A stretch of 64,000 nucleotides of DNA, taken from positions 271 to 64,270 of the forward strand of contig NIVC01004017.1 of NCBI GenBank assembly GCA_002269645.1. Reading direction: 5' to 3'. The stretch's first letter is position 1. Each line of letters begins with the position of its first letter. Positions 60,725 through 64,000 of the stretch are shown here, piece by piece. The notes below the pieces were generated by a model, which had not been told where the DNA came from, ran no database searches, and worked only from the letters and a program-made list of their open reading frames with translations. The translations under genes and the position numbers were made by a program. This stretch comes from Macrostomum lignano (lineage: Eukaryota).

Positions 60725-61870
60725 CTACGAAAATATTTTACGGTGTTGCACATCCTGCAAATGGATTGTATGGTGTTGCACATCCTACGAATGGATTGTA
60801 TGGTGTTGCACATCCTACGAATGGATTGTATGGTGTTGCACACCCTGCGAATGGGTTGTATGGTGTTGCACACCCTGCGAATGGATTGTATGGTGTTGCA
60901 CACCCTGCAAATGGGTTGTATGGTGTTGCACACCCTGCGAATGGATTGTATGGTGTTGCACATCCTATGAAAGGATTGTATGGTGTTGCACATCCTACGA
61001 ATGGATTGTATGGTGTTGCACACCCTGCGAATGGGTTGTATGGTGTTGCACACCCTGCGAATGGATTGTATGGTGTTGTACATCCTACGAATGGATTGTT
61101 TTTTGTTGCACACCCTGCGAATGGATTGTATGGTGTTGCACATCCTATGAAAGGATTGTATGGTGTTGCACATCCTACGAATGGATTGTATGGTGTTGTA
61201 CATCCTGCGAATGGATTGTATGGTGTTGCACACCCTGCGAATGGATTGTATGGTGTTGCACATCCTATGAAAGGATTGTATGGTGTTGCACATCCTATGA
61301 AAGGATTGTATGGTGTTGCACATCCTACGAATGGATTGTATGGTGTTGTATATCCTGTGAAAGGATTGTATGGTGTTGCACATCCTACGAATGGATTGTA
61401 TGGTGTTGCACATCCTATGAAAGGATTGTATGGTGTTGTACATCCTACGAATGGATTGTATGGTGTTGCACATCCTACGAAAGGGTTGCATGATGTTGTA
61501 CATCCTACAAAAGGATTGTATGGTGTTGCACATACTACGAAAGGATTGTATGGTGTTGTACATGCTAAGCTACGAATGGATTGTATGGTGTTTTATATCC
61601 TACGAAAGGATTGTATGGTGTTGTACATGTTACGCTACGAATGGATTGTATGGTGTTGTACATGCTATGAATGGATTGTATGGTGTTGTACATGGTACGA
61701 ATGGATTGTATCGTGCTGTATATCCTGTGAAAGGATTGTATGGTGTTGTACATGCTACGAATGGATTGTATGGTGTTGTATATCCTACAAATTGATTGTA
61801 TGGTGTTGTATATCCTGTGAAAGGATTGTATGGTGTTGTACACACTACAAAAAAACTACAGGGGTTGCAC
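60725..61870. repeat. 30-bp unit ATGGATTGTATGGTGTTGCACATCCTACGA array
   Basis: Direct reading. It explains the 10-aa-periodic ORFs in 60664-61890. Confidence 0.95.
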
Positions 61871-61934
61871 AACCTACGAAGGGACTATAGAGGATTGTGC
61901 GCCGTTTTTTTTTATTAGAGGCAGGGGGGTTGTG

Positions 61935-62264
61935 TGCACCCTGGCGCACTTTAAGCGACATAGGCACACAACCGGCGAGAGGCATTACTGCCCATTCCGC
62001 CGACTCCCCTGAGCAGGCATACAAGCGCGCGGATACGTTACGCAGGCACACACTCACACAGGAGTGTACAGCGGCCCTAACTTTATCAATTGTTAGGCAT
62101 GTACACTTCACTGCGCCTTGGGGGGTTGGCTCTCAAGGCCGTTAATTGCACAAGCGAGCCAAGCCGAGATTCCAATCCAGCCCAAAATTAATGTGGCTGC
62201 ACTTGGAATCGAGCTGGGTCGCGGCACACCAGAGCAGCTGCGCTACCGCTGGGCTACGGCCCCC
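61935..62264 (-). mobile_element. tRNA-derived SINE family A, near full-length copy
   Basis: Minus-strand head GGGGCCGTAGCCCAGCGGTAGCGC...GCTCGATTCC contains box A/box B-like motifs. The body is shared with copies at 33038-33300, 55427-55700 and 54005-54130. Confidence 0.75.
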
Positions 62265-62694
62265 TGATTGTGCGCCGTACAAAAGGACTAACTGTAGAGG
62301 TAACACAGAGGTAATGTTTAAAATTAGTGTAAGCATATAACCACAAAAATTCCAAAAAATAAAACTAGAGAAACTTAACACCGAGCTAGCTTTTCACCTA
62401 TACACACAGGAACGCGTGAATGTTGCACTAACACTTTCTTGGGCGATATATAAAACATCTAATTTCCTGTCTTACAATTTTGTTGCTGCACTGTATAGAG
62501 CAGATCTCCTAGGTACAGGAAGACAAATTTAAGCATTTGCTGATATGACCAAGTCTATAGGGTAAAATAAAATGCTAAACATCATGGTCGAATTCAGATC
62601 AAATTTCAACTTTACAAGCGACAATAAAACTATAAAAATCGCGTTCCTTCAGTCGTAGAATCTATTGGTAACCCGCTAAAAAAGGTAATTCAGT

Positions 62695-63069
62695 ATGAAG
62701 ACCATATTTACAATTCTCCAAGCACTGTTGTTAACCAACATTCCAACTATTGCATTAGCTGATAGTTCATTTGTAGGGTTGCTAAATCCGGCTCTACCAA
62801 ATACTCAATTCCGACTGTTTCAAAATCAACCAGCCAATTCGCAGAAAGCTTCAGATGAGTTTTGTCGCAGTCAAAGCTTAATGCCTGTTGACGCAACCGA
62901 AGTACGCTATGTTTGGAAACAACTGCCCTATAATATATCATTCTATTTGGGCAGCAAGATTGAAATGACAACCGACTATCCGGAGATCGAACGCGGCGAA
63001 GTGTTGTGCTTTCCATGCGTCGGCAAAGCGGTAAATAACGTTTTAACAGGCTTTTTTTGGCTACTCTAG
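62695..63069 (+). CDS. Antisense ORF, probably intron-nested: putative secreted protein with signal peptide, possibly C-type-lectin-like (may be exon 1 of a spliced gene, donor GCG|gtaaat at 63030)
   Basis: ATG start followed by a hydrophobic leader MKTIFTILQALLLTNIPTIALA. The segment FRLFQNQPANSQKASDEFCRSQSL..V...E..YV...L.....FYLG resembles the N-terminal half of a CTLD. The ORF is non-repetitive, and TATAAAA lies at 62631-62637. Confidence 0.5.
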   Translation: MKTIFTILQALLLTNIPTIALADSSFVGLLNPALPNTQFRLFQNQPANSQKASDEFCRSQSLMPVDATEVRYVWKQLPYNISFYLGSKIEMTTDYPEIERGEVLCFPCVGKAVNNVLTGFFWLL

Positions 63070-64000
63070 TAATATTCAGCGCCTATTAAAAGAAACGTAG
63101 TCTAATCAGCTTGAGGGGATTGAAAATTGATTTTGGGGTCCAAAACCTTTACTTTACGTAAGCGGTACGAAGCTATACAAATTTAGGAATTAATTTATGC
63201 TAGCTCGAATAATGAACTGAATTTTAGCGTAATTAAAGAGGCCTTATTAATTAACTGGCGCAGACAGCTAAGTACATACATGAACATTGAAACTACGCCC
63301 CAGCTACTAGCACCCGAAGACGGAAAATTTCTAATTAATTAATAGTCCCGTTTGAAAGGACACACTGTAGCTAGTGCCTCTAGTAAGTACTGTGCATACA
63401 AGCCACGTTTTATATGCAACTATATACTCCTATATGCAAACGAAATGTGAATAAAAAGAGAGCATCCAGCACTCAAACTAAAGCAAACTCCATCCAGCCA
63501 CAGCCCCAACCCCCAAGAGAGTTTCATAACGAAATTAAACCTCGATTGATCAATGGTCAGCGAGTGAAACTTGCTTATTCTGAACCCACCTACCCCCTCT
63601 CAGTTGTGTAGAAAAGTGGAACTTAGCTAACTAATAGTTTTATAACTTAGACCGACAGAATCAATCTTTGAAAAGCTTTTGAAAGCTGGCATAACCAAAT
63701 GAAGAACGTTTGTAGTTCCCATTTGATTGATAGATTAATTGATTGATACAAAGAAACACTATACAAACATTCGATTTGGCACATGCAGGCACAAAGCATA
63801 TTAATAAGATGACATTTTCTGCTTTATCATCAATTTCTGAACTTTCAAATCGCAAGTCAAAGCACTAATCTCGATCAATCTACGAAATACGAGTAGACAG
63901 TTACGACGGGGGGGGCGGCTCGCTCGCCCATTCTTTGTGCTCGCTATCCTCCACGCTCTACTGTTCTTGTCTTCTTCACTTCGTCTAACCCAATATTTTT

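Noticed and set aside
7400-61870. CRISPR-like arrays
   Set aside because: The units are head-to-tail with no unique spacers, there are no cas genes, and the context is eukaryotic introns.
60664-61890. GLYGVAHPTN-repeat 374-aa ORF and overlapping ORFs
   Set aside because: They come from a 30-bp satellite that is open in several frames on both strands, with no splice or start context.
15040-62264. tRNA genes
   Set aside because: The tRNA-like heads lack a complete cloverleaf and a T-run terminator, and they continue into shared repeat bodies, so they are SINEs.

Overview
This is eukaryotic (animal) genomic DNA with repeat-laden introns. The repeat architecture and the polyQ/polyA-rich GC-rich exons resemble the flatworm Macrostomum, but that assignment is an inference. 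Nearly the whole window (1-60551, minus strand) is one dystrophin/utrophin-family gene. I chained 23 exons by hand with canonical GT-AG sites and consistent phases (about 9.3 kb of CDS, about 3100 aa), running from hinge 1/spectrin repeat 1 through the rod to the WW domain and first EF-hand region. The N-terminal CH domains and the ZZ/C-terminal part lie outside the window. The WW/EF segment (1-240) needs three -1 frame corrections, most likely assembly errors. Main extras: a probable alternative first exon (6313-6958) for a short isoform; an antisense ORF for a secreted, possibly C-type-lectin-like protein (62695-63069) that is probably nested in a dystrophin intron; two tRNA-derived SINE families; a mariner-type MITE with 267-bp TIRs; and about 30 different tandem arrays, many of them abutting splice sites. 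There are no prokaryotic features, CRISPR arrays, rRNA or bona fide tRNA genes.
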